NCBI GenBank assembly: GCA_963675755.2
Contig: CAXXMD010000002.1
Location: 320,001-384,000 of the forward strand
DNA length: 64,000 nt
Origin: a bacterium
Lineage (GTDB): Bacteria; Zhuqueibacterota; Zhuqueibacteria; Residuimicrobiales; Krinioviventaceae
Direction of reading: 5' to 3'
The stretch's first letter is position 1; each line of letters starts with the position of its first letter. The notes beneath the pieces were generated by a model. That model searched no databases, was not told the origin of the DNA, and saw only the letters and a list, made by a program, of their open reading frames with translations. Shown here one piece after another: positions 52,256 through 62,785 of the stretch. The position numbers and the translations under genes were made by a program.

Positions 52256-55246
52256 ATGCAAAAAAACTTTTTTTTATTGTACTGCTGTATAATGTTTTTG
52301 ATTTTTCAGATTTTTGTACTTCCATCAAACGCTGCTGTAACCGGCAAAATCAGGGGGCAAGTAGTAGATTCAGCATCAGGCATGGCACTTCCCGGTGTAA
52401 ATGTTGTAATATCACATGTGTGGATAAATGGCCAGGAGGAAGTGTATGATGGAGGCTTGGGGGCAGCCACTAGTATTGATGGTGAATATTTTATTCTCAA
52501 AGTTCCGCCTGGTGTTTATTCTATTTCATCATCAATGATTGGTTACAATACCATAACCAAGCAACAAGTTCAAGTCAGTATTGACCGTACATCAGTAGTC
52601 GATTTTCAGATGGATGAGGCTACTCTGCAAGGCGAAGAAGTAGTTGTTACCGCAGGACGTGACCAAATCCAGGTTGATGTTGCTGCGACTGAAAATTATG
52701 TTACTGCGGAAGAATATCAAAATACACCTTTTGCAAACCGAGTTGAAAATGTTATAGGGCTACAATCCGGAGTGAGTGGCAATATTGTTGAGGGCCAAAT
52801 ATCTATTCGTGCTGGTGATACCCGTGAAGTTGGTCTTTTTGTAGATGGTATGTCGTTGGTGGACAAGAAATTTAATCGTCCTGTTTTCTCTGTTCAACCC
52901 GGTGTAGTGCAGGAGATCAAGGTAATGCGGAACGGGTTTAACGCCGAATACGGGCAGTCCCGCTCGGGAATTATTAATGTAATTACCAAAAATCCAGATG
53001 ATAAATACAGATTTTCAATGGACTATCAATTTACTCCCGCTCACAAACCCCATTATGGTAGAGATAAATTTGATAAAGACTATCGATGGGAATGGAGATT
53101 ACTTGACGGCCCAAACGCATTTGTTGGAGATACATTATACCTACCAGATGGAATACATCAGGATATGAAAATTTGGATGGGATGGAATAAATATGCTGAA
53201 GAATTATTATCAGATGATAATCCGGATAATGACCTGACTGCTGAAGAAGCATATGAATTATGGAAATGGCGACATCGTCCCATGGAATATGGTAATCTTG
53301 ATGGACATAATGTTGACCTCTCATTTTCGGGACCAGTACCTTTGATGCCGTGGAAAACCAATTTTCTTGCCGGTGCGAAATATCAATTCAAACCTTTGGA
53401 CTATCCTCAGTCGACTGACCATTATGATGAAAAAATGGGCTCCCTAAAAATAATATCAAATCCTTCGCCCAATATAAAGCTGACATTTAATGGTATGTAT
53501 TCTTCAGTTACCTCTGCAGCTGGCGGTAGGTTGGATGCAACCTGGGCAACAGAGACATTGATTGATTATGATGGTGTAACCCTGAGAGATTATTATCCCT
53601 ATTATTATCCTGTTATTAATCGTGAAACCAGTTTGATAGGTGCCAAGTTGGTACATACCTTGTCACCAACACTGTATTATGAAACTTTTATCAATTATTT
53701 TAATATTGGTTGGAACTTGTCCCGGGCAGATCAATCCAGTGCTGCGGATGGACGCTATTTCCATGGAAGATTATATTATGATCCGCAATCCGGTTATATA
53801 CCACGTTCCTTAGGCGTTGATGATGATGCATCAGATTTTCGAATGGCGGGTATTGATCAAACCTGGGATGATTCCTGGAATAAGCGGTTTGTTTTTAATT
53901 TTGCACTTACAAACCAGTTTCATCCCGCCCATGAACTAAAATTTGGTGTAAATGGAAACTATGATATCCTGCGTGAAGATAGAGTCTATTGGCCTAATGA
54001 AGATCCTGATAAAGAATTTATTCGTCGATACAAAGTTAAACCTTACGAGTTTGCTTCTTATATTCAGGACAAGATCGAATTTCAGGGCATGGTTGCCAAT
54101 ATTGGTTTACGTTTTGATTATTTCAATACCAACACAGACCGGCCGGATGTAACTGCAATACTCGATTATGCCAAAGACCGTGACATGTGGGAAGCAGTCA
54201 AGAATAATGAATATCCAATGATGCGGGCAAAACCTAAATATTATGTCAGTCCTCGTGTTGGTATTTCTCATCCCTTGTCTGACAAAAGTAAAGTGTATTT
54301 TAATTATGGTCATTTTGTTCAAACACCTCCCAGCCGCGATCTTTATATCCTAACATTGGATGGCGAGCGACCTGGTATTCAAATGATGGGCAATCCTGAA
54401 CTCGATTTTGAAAAAACCATTGCCTATGAGCTTGGTTTTGATATGAGTGTTAAAAGTGACTTGCAATTCCACGTAGGTGCATTTTATAAAAAGAACAGCA
54501 ATGTAGCCAATCGAATGACTTCTGCGCATCTTGATCAAAGTGTGGTTGTGGATTGGTTTGATGATATAGGTTACGCAGAAATACGTGGTCTGGAATTAGA
54601 GTTACGCAAGTCAACAGGACAGTTTTTTACCGGTTGGATAAATTATAATTATATCAAAAAAAGTAATTCTGATCTGGGTGTTCCCGGTTTGTCGGATAAT
54701 CCCATTATTACCGATGATCCATCAGTCGGCAGAAATGGTACAATCTGGGGAGTCCCAACTTCAGAGATCCGTGATATAAGCCCCAATGCCCGTGGTGTTT
54801 TATCATTACATGCACCCAGCGATTGGGGGCCAAAACTTAAAGGTTTCCCACTAGTCAGCCAAACCAGTATCAGTTTGCAAATGCATTATCAAGGTGGTGC
54901 TTTAAAAGAACATCCCAAAACGAGTTTTCAGGACATGTACCCTAATATTCGTTTTCGTGAGCTGAGTAAATTCTGGGCTGATTTACGAGTGTCTCGCATG
55001 TTCAGAGTTGCTTTTGTTAATATGGAATTATATATGGATATAAGTAATATTTTTCACTCTACTTTTCGAAATCCACCAACAGGTACAAGTGGAGAAGATT
55101 ATTATGATGATCTGTGGGAAGCAGGACGTTTAGACCATGTGGGAACAGACGAGTTGACGAATCCCATGATCCTGTTAACTGAAAATGATGATGTATATTG
55201 GGGCAGGGTCAAAGTTTTTAATTTTGGATTACGTATTAATTTATAG
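52256..55246 (+). CDS. TonB-dependent receptor (non-SusC type)
   Basis: TGKIRGQVVD..LPGVNV, GEYFILKVPPGVY, GFNAEYGQSRSGIINVIT, YIQDKIEFQGMVANIGLRFDYF, SPRVGISHP, GNPELDFEKTIAYELG. Confidence 0.9.
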   Translation: MQKNFFLLYCCIMFLIFQIFVLPSNAAVTGKIRGQVVDSASGMALPGVNVVISHVWINGQEEVYDGGLGAATSIDGEYFILKVPPGVYSISSSMIGYNTITKQQVQVSIDRTSVVDFQMDEATLQGEEVVVTAGRDQIQVDVAATENYVTAEEYQNTPFANRVENVIGLQSGVSGNIVEGQISIRAGDTREVGLFVDGMSLVDKKFNRPVFSVQPGVVQEIKVMRNGFNAEYGQSRSGIINVITKNPDDKYRFSMDYQFTPAHKPHYGRDKFDKDYRWEWRLLDGPNAFVGDTLYLPDGIHQDMKIWMGWNKYAEELLSDDNPDNDLTAEEAYELWKWRHRPMEYGNLDGHNVDLSFSGPVPLMPWKTNFLAGAKYQFKPLDYPQSTDHYDEKMGSLKIISNPSPNIKLTFNGMYSSVTSAAGGRLDATWATETLIDYDGVTLRDYYPYYYPVINRETSLIGAKLVHTLSPTLYYETFINYFNIGWNLSRADQSSAADGRYFHGRLYYDPQSGYIPRSLGVDDDASDFRMAGIDQTWDDSWNKRFVFNFALTNQFHPAHELKFGVNGNYDILREDRVYWPNEDPDKEFIRRYKVKPYEFASYIQDKIEFQGMVANIGLRFDYFNTNTDRPDVTAILDYAKDRDMWEAVKNNEYPMMRAKPKYYVSPRVGISHPLSDKSKVYFNYGHFVQTPPSRDLYILTLDGERPGIQMMGNPELDFEKTIAYELGFDMSVKSDLQFHVGAFYKKNSNVANRMTSAHLDQSVVVDWFDDIGYAEIRGLELELRKSTGQFFTGWINYNYIKKSNSDLGVPGLSDNPIITDDPSVGRNGTIWGVPTSEIRDISPNARGVLSLHAPSDWGPKLKGFPLVSQTSISLQMHYQGGALKEHPKTSFQDMYPNIRFRELSKFWADLRVSRMFRVAFVNMELYMDISNIFHSTFRNPPTGTSGEDYYDDLWEAGRLDHVGTDELTNPMILLTENDDVYWGRVKVFNFGLRINL

Positions 55247-55260
55247 CAGAAAGGTCACGA

Positions 55261-57348
55261 ATGAAAACCAGAATTATTGGATTGGTTATATTATTTATAT
55301 GTTTATCTGCTGTCAATTCATACAGTCAAATGAAACACCATCAGATAGGGCGCTTGTGGCAAACCATGTTTGAGGTGGGTACCCGGCCAAATTATTCTCC
55401 CTTGTATACGGCAATGAATTATCCCGGTGGAGATTTTTATCTGGGTACTCGAAAAAATATGGACCGTACCGGCCTTTGGATTGGTGTAAAAGAATGGACT
55501 AATAAATTCAACGAATATCAGCCCTATTATGTATCAGAGGGCGGGTATATGAATAATGAAGCTACTGGAGTGGTTTTTCCCATTTATAATAGAAAGTATG
55601 TGCGTCAGCGTCTGCCGCTTGTATCAATTAATGGAACCGCTGAAAAACGATATTCGGATTCACGAGACAGCAGCACCAGACGAACTTCACTGGATTCAGA
55701 TGAGCAAATAATTACAAAATGGGCTACTGATGTAGGGATTGAAGTCACACGTACCAGTTATGCTTTTGCTAATCCGAGACATGACAGTTATATCATTCAG
55801 GAATATGTATTTAAAAATACCGGCAATGCTGATAAAGAGGAAAATACAATTGAATTACCTGATCAGGTTTTAAAGGATGTATATTTTGGATTTTGGAGAA
55901 CATTTATTCCATCTTTAGATGTAGGGCATTCTCAAATGGGTAGCAAACATGATGAATGGTGCCATTATTATGGAAACCAACCTGGTGATTCGCTGCGTGG
56001 ATTCTGGTATGTATATGATGGCGATAATGAATACAAATTATTTGATGATACAGGTGATCCATCCGAATTAAATGGAGAGTTCCTTTCCCCTCAATATCCT
56101 GCATTTGGAGTGCTGCACGCGGATACAGATTATCTGTCAGAAATTGATGATCCTGAACAACCGGCCACTGTTAATTACTGGCCTTATAGCCAGGTCAATT
56201 CTCATGTGAATGGTGATCCGGATGCATCTCTTTATACAGATCTCAGCAGTGGTACACAAAGCCAGGGATCAGATACAGGAGAATATGGCAGTCCTATTGA
56301 TCCACAGATTCAACAACCCCAATTACTCATGTCATTTGGGCCTTATGAAATTCCATTTGGACAAGATGTTCGCATTGTTCTGTTTGAAGCTGTTGGTAGT
56401 GTGTCACGAAAACAGGCAATGCAAAAAGGACGTGATTGGTTCGCTGGTAATTTAGAGTGGAATGATCTGACAGGTGATGAAGCAAAAAACGCATTTGTTG
56501 CTACAGGTAAAGATTCGCTGCACGAGATAGCCAGGCGTGCGGAATGGACATGGCAAAATGGTATTGAAGCTGTTCCAGATGGTCCGGAATCTCCCAGTTT
56601 GAATATTGCAGCCGGCCCGGCAAAAGTAGAGCTGGAATGGTATTATAACACCAATGACTCTTTACCCCCTAATCCTGATGTAGACACCGGTGAATATGAT
56701 TTTGCCGGATATCGTCTATACCGGGCTTCGGATAATTATAATAATGAATATTATAAAATTTGGGAATGTGGGGGAAACACGGGTATTGAAATTACAAACA
56801 AATATACAGACCGTGATGTTGAGCGCGGACAAAGCTATTATTATTATGTAACTGCTTATGATGATGGTACACAAAATCAGGGTGGATTGTTCCCGGGTAC
56901 ACCTGTAGAATCCAGTCATTTCAGTAATCGAAATTTTATTTACGCAGGAGTGCCTTATGCCGGGGCCAGACCTCAGCTTGATTCTGTTTTTGTAGTCCCC
57001 AATCCATTCCATTTTCAGGGACTTGCTTATGGTGGTACCTGGGCAAATGATTATAATTTTGATCCCAATACGGGTGGTCGTCCTGAAGACAAGCTGTTAT
57101 TTGTTGGATTGCCGGCTAAAGCAACCATTAGAATTTTTACAGGCAGTGGTAATTTGATTAAAACGCTTGAACACCCGAATCCTTATAACGCCCAATCTGT
57201 TTCTGAATCTGCTGATGAAATGTGGCTACAGATAACTGATGAATGGCAAACGATCAAGAGTGGTGTTTACTTTTTTCACGTTGAAGGATGGGATCTGCAG
57301 GGCAATTATATTGGTGAAACCATGGGCAAGTTTATCATTATACGCTAA
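55261..57348 (+). CDS. Secreted protein with Fn3-like domain and atypical C-terminal sorting domain
   Basis: Signal peptide; SFGPYEIPFG; DFAGYRLYR..YTDRDV..YYYYVTAYD; VFVVPNPF...GLPAKATIRIFTGSGNLIKTLEH...SGVYFFHVE...GKFIIIR. Confidence 0.8.
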   Translation: MKTRIIGLVILFICLSAVNSYSQMKHHQIGRLWQTMFEVGTRPNYSPLYTAMNYPGGDFYLGTRKNMDRTGLWIGVKEWTNKFNEYQPYYVSEGGYMNNEATGVVFPIYNRKYVRQRLPLVSINGTAEKRYSDSRDSSTRRTSLDSDEQIITKWATDVGIEVTRTSYAFANPRHDSYIIQEYVFKNTGNADKEENTIELPDQVLKDVYFGFWRTFIPSLDVGHSQMGSKHDEWCHYYGNQPGDSLRGFWYVYDGDNEYKLFDDTGDPSELNGEFLSPQYPAFGVLHADTDYLSEIDDPEQPATVNYWPYSQVNSHVNGDPDASLYTDLSSGTQSQGSDTGEYGSPIDPQIQQPQLLMSFGPYEIPFGQDVRIVLFEAVGSVSRKQAMQKGRDWFAGNLEWNDLTGDEAKNAFVATGKDSLHEIARRAEWTWQNGIEAVPDGPESPSLNIAAGPAKVELEWYYNTNDSLPPNPDVDTGEYDFAGYRLYRASDNYNNEYYKIWECGGNTGIEITNKYTDRDVERGQSYYYYVTAYDDGTQNQGGLFPGTPVESSHFSNRNFIYAGVPYAGARPQLDSVFVVPNPFHFQGLAYGGTWANDYNFDPNTGGRPEDKLLFVGLPAKATIRIFTGSGNLIKTLEHPNPYNAQSVSESADEMWLQITDEWQTIKSGVYFFHVEGWDLQGNYIGETMGKFIIIR

Positions 57349-57360
57349 CTGGAGTGTTAT

Positions 57361-58398
57361 ATGAAAACCGGTTTTAAAATTGTTTTTATTCTATACATTT
57401 TGTTAAATGCGATAACCTGTTTGTATGCCGGGCAAAAAAACGTTGGACAAAGTGGAATGACATATTTAGCAATCAGTATGTGTTCCAGAGAAAATGCAAT
57501 GGGAGATGCCGGTACAGCAAGTGTTAAAGGAATTAACGGGTTGTGGCATAATCCTTCCGTTATTGCTGATATTGACAATTTTGCTGTTTCTCTCAATCAG
57601 GTCGATTGGTTAATAGATACTTATGTTTCGGGTATTGCGGCAGCTTATGGAATGGGCAACTGGGGTACCATTGCTCTGGATGTAACTTATATGGACTGGG
57701 GAGACATTATTGGTACAAAGCCAGTTGACAGATCTGTTGATCCCAGAGGATTTCAGATCACCGGCAATATTGAAGTCGAAGATTATGCACTGGGAGTTGC
57801 TTATGCAAGACGTATCAATGACAAGTTCGCCATGGGTGTTAAAATTAAACGTGTACATGAAAATCTTGGAAATGCATTATATGTTACAAGTGAAATAGGT
57901 GAAAATGAAGATGGTGATATAGAATATGAACGTAGCTCAAAAGAGTGGGAATTGGATAACTGGGGTTTTGATTTTGGGACTATATATGATACGGGCTGGA
58001 AGGGGCTCTTGTTTGCTATGACTTTGCAGAATTTTTCACGTGATATGAAATATTATTATGATGAATTTCAGTTGCCTATGACGTTAAAAATGGGACTCGC
58101 AATGAAGATTTCTGAAATCTTTTTTCCTGATAGTAAACAATTTTATTTGAACGCTGCCATAGATGCCAGTACGCCAAATGATTATTCTGAAAGAGTCAAT
58201 ATCGGTTCCGAATTGGTTTACCTTGATCGTTTTGCTTTACGTGGTGGGTACAAGTTTAATAATGATGTCGAATCTATGACGCTAGGATTTGGTTTCAATT
58301 TTGATTTTTCAGGAGTAAATGCCAGTATTGATTATGCTTATTCAAGTGCTACCTATTTTCAGGATATTAACAGGTTTTCGCTCAATTTTAATTTTTAA
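57361..58398 (+). CDS. PorV/PorQ-family outer-membrane beta-barrel
   Basis: GQSGMTYLAI..SRENAMGDA..WHNPS; WLID; DFGTIY; FQLPMT; ALRGGYKF; DYAY; RFSLNFNF. Confidence 0.85.
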   Translation: MKTGFKIVFILYILLNAITCLYAGQKNVGQSGMTYLAISMCSRENAMGDAGTASVKGINGLWHNPSVIADIDNFAVSLNQVDWLIDTYVSGIAAAYGMGNWGTIALDVTYMDWGDIIGTKPVDRSVDPRGFQITGNIEVEDYALGVAYARRINDKFAMGVKIKRVHENLGNALYVTSEIGENEDGDIEYERSSKEWELDNWGFDFGTIYDTGWKGLLFAMTLQNFSRDMKYYYDEFQLPMTLKMGLAMKISEIFFPDSKQFYLNAAIDASTPNDYSERVNIGSELVYLDRFALRGGYKFNNDVESMTLGFGFNFDFSGVNASIDYAYSSATYFQDINRFSLNFNF

Positions 58399-58409
58399 TA
58401 TTGGTATTC

Positions 58410-60011
58410 ATGATGTTGATAATAGTAAGAAATTTTATTTTTAAAATACTTTTGCTCTTCTTTTTTTCTCTATTAGTTTTTTGCACATCTCGAACTGTAA
58501 ATAATTTTATATCAATTCAGGGTGATCGATTTATTGATGACAGGGGGAACCAGATAATTCTCCATGGAGTCAATCTGGTGAACAAGGATAAATCAGTCAA
58601 CTATTTAGGTTCTGAAAATGAGAATGATTTCAAACTCATGAGATCCTGGGGTATGAATTGTATAAGGCTGGGAATAATTTGGGATGGCCTGGAACCACAA
58701 CCGGGTGTGTATGATGATGATTATCTTGAAGGAATTGACAAGCGCATTGAATGGGCAAAACAAAATGGCCTATATGTCATTTTAGATATGCACCAGGATT
58801 TGTTCAGCGTAAAATTTTCAGATGGCGCCCCTGAATGGGCTACTTTAACAGATGATAAAGAACACATTCATAATAGTCCTGTATGGAGCGATGCCTATAA
58901 CACCAGTCCTGCCATACAAACCGCGTTCGATAATTTTTGGAATAATAAACCCGCATCTGATGGCATGGGGATTCAGGACCATTATGCAAAGGCCTGGCAA
59001 TATGTTGCCACTCGGTATGCAAATGAACCCACCATAGTTGGTTATGATATTATGAATGAACCGTTTATCGGTTCAAAAATTACTGAGATACAGCCGCTGC
59101 TGTTTTTTGAAGGAGCAAAGATTTTTGCTGAACAAGATTCTACTGAGCATGCTTCTGTAGAAGAACTTTTACAAATGTGGATGACAGAGGAGGGACGTTA
59201 TCAAATTTTGCAGCGTTTGGCTAATCCCTATGTTTATGCGCGTGTAATAGCTCCCACTGAACCCGGTTATCAGGAATTTGAGAAACATACACTAACATCC
59301 ATGTATCAGCGGGTTGCCAATGATATACGCAAAGTAGATCAGAATCATATTTTGTTTCTAGAGACTACTATTGCATCGAATATGGGTGTTCGGTCTGGTC
59401 TTGAACCCCTTGTAGATTCTTTGGGAAATCGTGATCCATTACAAGCTTATGCGCCACATGGTTATGATCTGGTAACTGATACAAAGGATGTTGCACTGGC
59501 AAGTAACGAAAGATTGGATTTAATTTTTTCCCGACATGAAGAAACATCAAAACGTCTGCTTATGCCCATGCTAGTAGGAGAGTGGGGCGCGTATTATATG
59601 AATGCAAATGCAAAAACTACAGCAATGCATGTTTCTGCTTTATTTGAAAAAATGATGTGTGGTGACACCTATTGGAGTTATAATAATAATTTACCTCAGG
59701 CTGACTTTTTTGAAGCAATCAGCAGGATTTATCCCGCTCATGTTCCGGGAGAATTATTGTTTTATTCAAGTGATACGGAAACAAATATATTTCATTGCCG
59801 CTGGCTAAACAATCCCGAAATTAACGGATCGCTCAAGATATACATCCCATCACGATATATGGTTTCACTGGATCAAATTGAATGCATACCTGGCAATATG
59901 AATATCAGGTTAGAGATAGAAGAGGGCAGTGAAAGCAATTACATCATTGCAAAACCTGCCCGGGATTATTCGGATATTTGTACTATTACATTTCGGCTTT
60001 ATACTAAATAA
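58410..60011 (+). CDS. GH5 glycoside hydrolase, endoglycoceramidase-like
   Basis: GMNCIRLGIIWDGLEPQPGVYD, ILDMHQDLFS..GAPEWA, AFDNFW, GYDIMNEP (acid/base), YAPHGY, LVGEWG (nucleophile), C-terminal beta-sandwich. Confidence 0.85.
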   Translation: MMLIIVRNFIFKILLLFFFSLLVFCTSRTVNNFISIQGDRFIDDRGNQIILHGVNLVNKDKSVNYLGSENENDFKLMRSWGMNCIRLGIIWDGLEPQPGVYDDDYLEGIDKRIEWAKQNGLYVILDMHQDLFSVKFSDGAPEWATLTDDKEHIHNSPVWSDAYNTSPAIQTAFDNFWNNKPASDGMGIQDHYAKAWQYVATRYANEPTIVGYDIMNEPFIGSKITEIQPLLFFEGAKIFAEQDSTEHASVEELLQMWMTEEGRYQILQRLANPYVYARVIAPTEPGYQEFEKHTLTSMYQRVANDIRKVDQNHILFLETTIASNMGVRSGLEPLVDSLGNRDPLQAYAPHGYDLVTDTKDVALASNERLDLIFSRHEETSKRLLMPMLVGEWGAYYMNANAKTTAMHVSALFEKMMCGDTYWSYNNNLPQADFFEAISRIYPAHVPGELLFYSSDTETNIFHCRWLNNPEINGSLKIYIPSRYMVSLDQIECIPGNMNIRLEIEEGSESNYIIAKPARDYSDICTITFRLYTK

Positions 60012-60018
60012 TCTTTGT

Positions 60019-60822
60019 TTATTGATTTTTCAAAAACTTGATCAAGCCTTCAGGATCGTCTGTCTGAATACCATCCGTACCCCAATCCAATGCTTGCTGC
60101 CAGCATGAGGAATCACTTTCATCAACTAAAACAATAGCACCAGCATTGTGACACGCATCCAGGAATGTTTTTGAATAATGTTTCCATACCGATGCAACCA
60201 CATGCGGTTTAAATTCAGTAAGCAGTGTATTCAGGTTCTTTTCAGGGCCCGGGTCTGGCATAATAATGCATTCAGGACATAATTGTTCGACCTCTTTTAG
60301 CTCTTGAGGATCAGCATACCATACAATATCCTTTTCCATGTCCCATTTTTTAATTACAGATAGAGTTTGATTAATATCTGCGTTTTTAAAATCCAGGTAA
60401 ATCCCGATTTTACCTTTGCACAATTCCAGTATCTCATCAAAAGTAGGAATTCTCTCATTCTTCCATTTTGCATCAATACGACTCCCAATATCCATAGCTT
60501 TTAATTCAGCAAGCGTGAATTCCGATACAGAACCTGTAGTGCCATCAGTAACGTATGCATCGATTTTACTGTTATGAACACTAACCAGCGCACTATCGCG
60601 GGTTGTTCTAAGATCTATTTCAACAAAGTCAGCACCAAGATCAATAGCTTTTTGGTAGGCTGCAAGCGTATTTTCCGGAATTCCTATATGTGCACCCCGA
60701 TGTGCAACCACATATATGTTACCGTTTTTTGGTGGAATCAGAACCGTATCTGATTGGTTTTTACATCCCATTGCTCCCAATGTTGCAACTAGTATTAAAA
60801 GAAATTTTATCCGGTTCATCAT
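60019..60822 (-). CDS. Glycerophosphodiester phosphodiesterase family lipoprotein
   Basis: Lipobox AMGC; VAHRG, PENTLAAY, VEIDLRTTRD, IPTFDE, DGIQTDDP. Confidence 0.92.
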   Translation of the reverse strand: MMNRIKFLLILVATLGAMGCKNQSDTVLIPPKNGNIYVVAHRGAHIGIPENTLAAYQKAIDLGADFVEIDLRTTRDSALVSVHNSKIDAYVTDGTTGSVSEFTLAELKAMDIGSRIDAKWKNERIPTFDEILELCKGKIGIYLDFKNADINQTLSVIKKWDMEKDIVWYADPQELKEVEQLCPECIIMPDPGPEKNLNTLLTEFKPHVVASVWKHYSKTFLDACHNAGAIVLVDESDSSCWQQALDWGTDGIQTDDPEGLIKFLKNQ

Positions 60823-60823
60823 T

Positions 60824-62785
60824 TTAATCCTCAAATTGATAAGAGTTAAATGGGATCATTGTCCAGTTTCCGTTTTTAAATTTATACCATAATCTTAGAC
60901 GTTCATTACCTATTGCATTCATGTATTCAAATTTTATCTTGTGAACTCCCTTTTGTAACCCCATAAAGCTTAAATTACTATCCGAATTTTTAGGGAGGTC
61001 ATCATCAATAACCAGTTCATCATCAATGTAAACTTTGACGGCGTCATCACCTCTGGAACGGAATTGATATAATCCATCTTGAGGTATCTCAAAAAAACCG
61101 TCATAGACTATGCCGAAATTTTCTTCACGCCATTGGGGGCCATCGGTCCAGAACAGATCTGTTTTCCAGAAATCTTTGACAATACCGGATGATTTTGGAG
61201 CGAGTTTGTTAAAATTGGGTAACTTTTTCCATTCTCCCTCATAATATTTGTATCGTAGACCCTGTTTTAAATTTTTGTTTTCCAGACTGTTTTTTATATC
61301 AACTTTAATAAAATCAACAGGAATCAGGGTAGCAAATTGATCATTATTATTATAAACTCTGGCATTAACTGTTAAACTTTTCTTAACAACCAATGAATCT
61401 TTATGTTTTGAATTGATATCAGGAATTGAACCATCCATTGAAAATCTGGATTTCAGATTGTTAAATGGTATGTCCAAATGTATTGTACAAGAATCAACGA
61501 ATGCATATAATTCGGGTTTCAGGTAATCCGGTTTTATTGTAGGACTTATGGGAATGTCGAATTGCCCATCAAGTCCAAAATCTTGATTATTGCTGTAACT
61601 TAATTCCCAGTCAAATTGCAACAGATCAAGATCCTTGTATGCAGTCATTTGATGTGCATGGATTTTGGATTGAATAATTGTATCTTCCTGTGCGGGTAGA
61701 ATGAGATTGATTTGAGAATTCGTTATATCCACCTGATGATGATGATAGAATTTTATATCAATTTTTAAATTTTCATTTCCTTCATTCTTTAAATATAGAT
61801 ATAAACTGCCATCTGAAAATTTGTCTCCTTTATTGCATAATACTAAATTTACAAATGTTGTATTTTCAAGTAATGAGGCTGCCAGTTTGCGAGTCTGTTC
61901 TTTACTAACATCGTGTGGATGAATTCCATCGAGCTCCAGATTGGCAAGCACAGGTCCATCATCAGTTACGGTAACCCATGCAATATGGTCGAATTCACCA
62001 AATTGAGGGCCACGTAAGCGACTACTGCCACCAGTAGTCGCTAATATATAATAATTGTTTTTATTTCTTTCATTATATAAATACCGATGTTCATGACCGG
62101 CAAAAACCGTGTATTGCCGATCATGCAAAACATCTTCAATATCCTGAAAGCGGTTTTGAGTATCATATTTCCAGACAGGGTGGTGCATGAATAAAAATGT
62201 CCACCGTACGTTTTGGTTTTCCTTTAATGTTTCAATCACGAATTCTTTTTGTTTATCTGTTATTGAGTGGTCTTTATCATCATTGCTATCCAGAGTGATA
62301 AACAATACGTCTTTGTATACAAAAGAATAGTATCTTTTACCATACCGTTTTTCCCATTCTTTTTGCATTACTTTATTGGTAATATCATGATTGCCTGGTA
62401 AATAAAAGAACGGGACCTTGAGATTATCAACAATTGAATTGAACTCTTTCCATTCTTTGTCAATAAGTAAAGAATCCTGTGTATAACCGGGAATTAAATC
62501 ACCCACACTCATTACAAATTCAGGCATGAGCATATTAATTTTATCTACAGCTTTGGGGAAAATCCCCTTTCTTAAACCACCGGTGCGATCACTGACAATA
62601 ACAAATTGAAAATTCTGAGGATCGTTATAGAATTTTAAATCCGTCCAGGGTTTTGCCTCTGAATCAACTTTACTTTTAAAAACATCATTCTTTTGACAAA
62701 AAGCATATTCAGCTGCAAATAAATAAATCACAATTATCCATATTACTGATAGACGATTATATTTATTTTTCAATCTTGAATTCAT
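60824..62785 (-). CDS. Metallophosphoesterase with C-terminal PA14 domain
   Basis: SDRTG, VGDLIPG, PGNHD, FMHHP, AGHEH; C-terminal GLRYKYYEG..GLYQF..GDD PA14-like; exact start uncertain. Confidence 0.85.
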   Translation of the reverse strand: MNSRLKNKYNRLSVIWIIVIYLFAAEYAFCQKNDVFKSKVDSEAKPWTDLKFYNDPQNFQFVIVSDRTGGLRKGIFPKAVDKINMLMPEFVMSVGDLIPGYTQDSLLIDKEWKEFNSIVDNLKVPFFYLPGNHDITNKVMQKEWEKRYGKRYYSFVYKDVLFITLDSNDDKDHSITDKQKEFVIETLKENQNVRWTFLFMHHPVWKYDTQNRFQDIEDVLHDRQYTVFAGHEHRYLYNERNKNNYYILATTGGSSRLRGPQFGEFDHIAWVTVTDDGPVLANLELDGIHPHDVSKEQTRKLAASLLENTTFVNLVLCNKGDKFSDGSLYLYLKNEGNENLKIDIKFYHHHQVDITNSQINLILPAQEDTIIQSKIHAHQMTAYKDLDLLQFDWELSYSNNQDFGLDGQFDIPISPTIKPDYLKPELYAFVDSCTIHLDIPFNNLKSRFSMDGSIPDINSKHKDSLVVKKSLTVNARVYNNNDQFATLIPVDFIKVDIKNSLENKNLKQGLRYKYYEGEWKKLPNFNKLAPKSSGIVKDFWKTDLFWTDGPQWREENFGIVYDGFFEIPQDGLYQFRSRGDDAVKVYIDDELVIDDDLPKNSDSNLSFMGLQKGVHKIKFEYMNAIGNERLRLWYKFKNGNWTMIPFNSYQFED

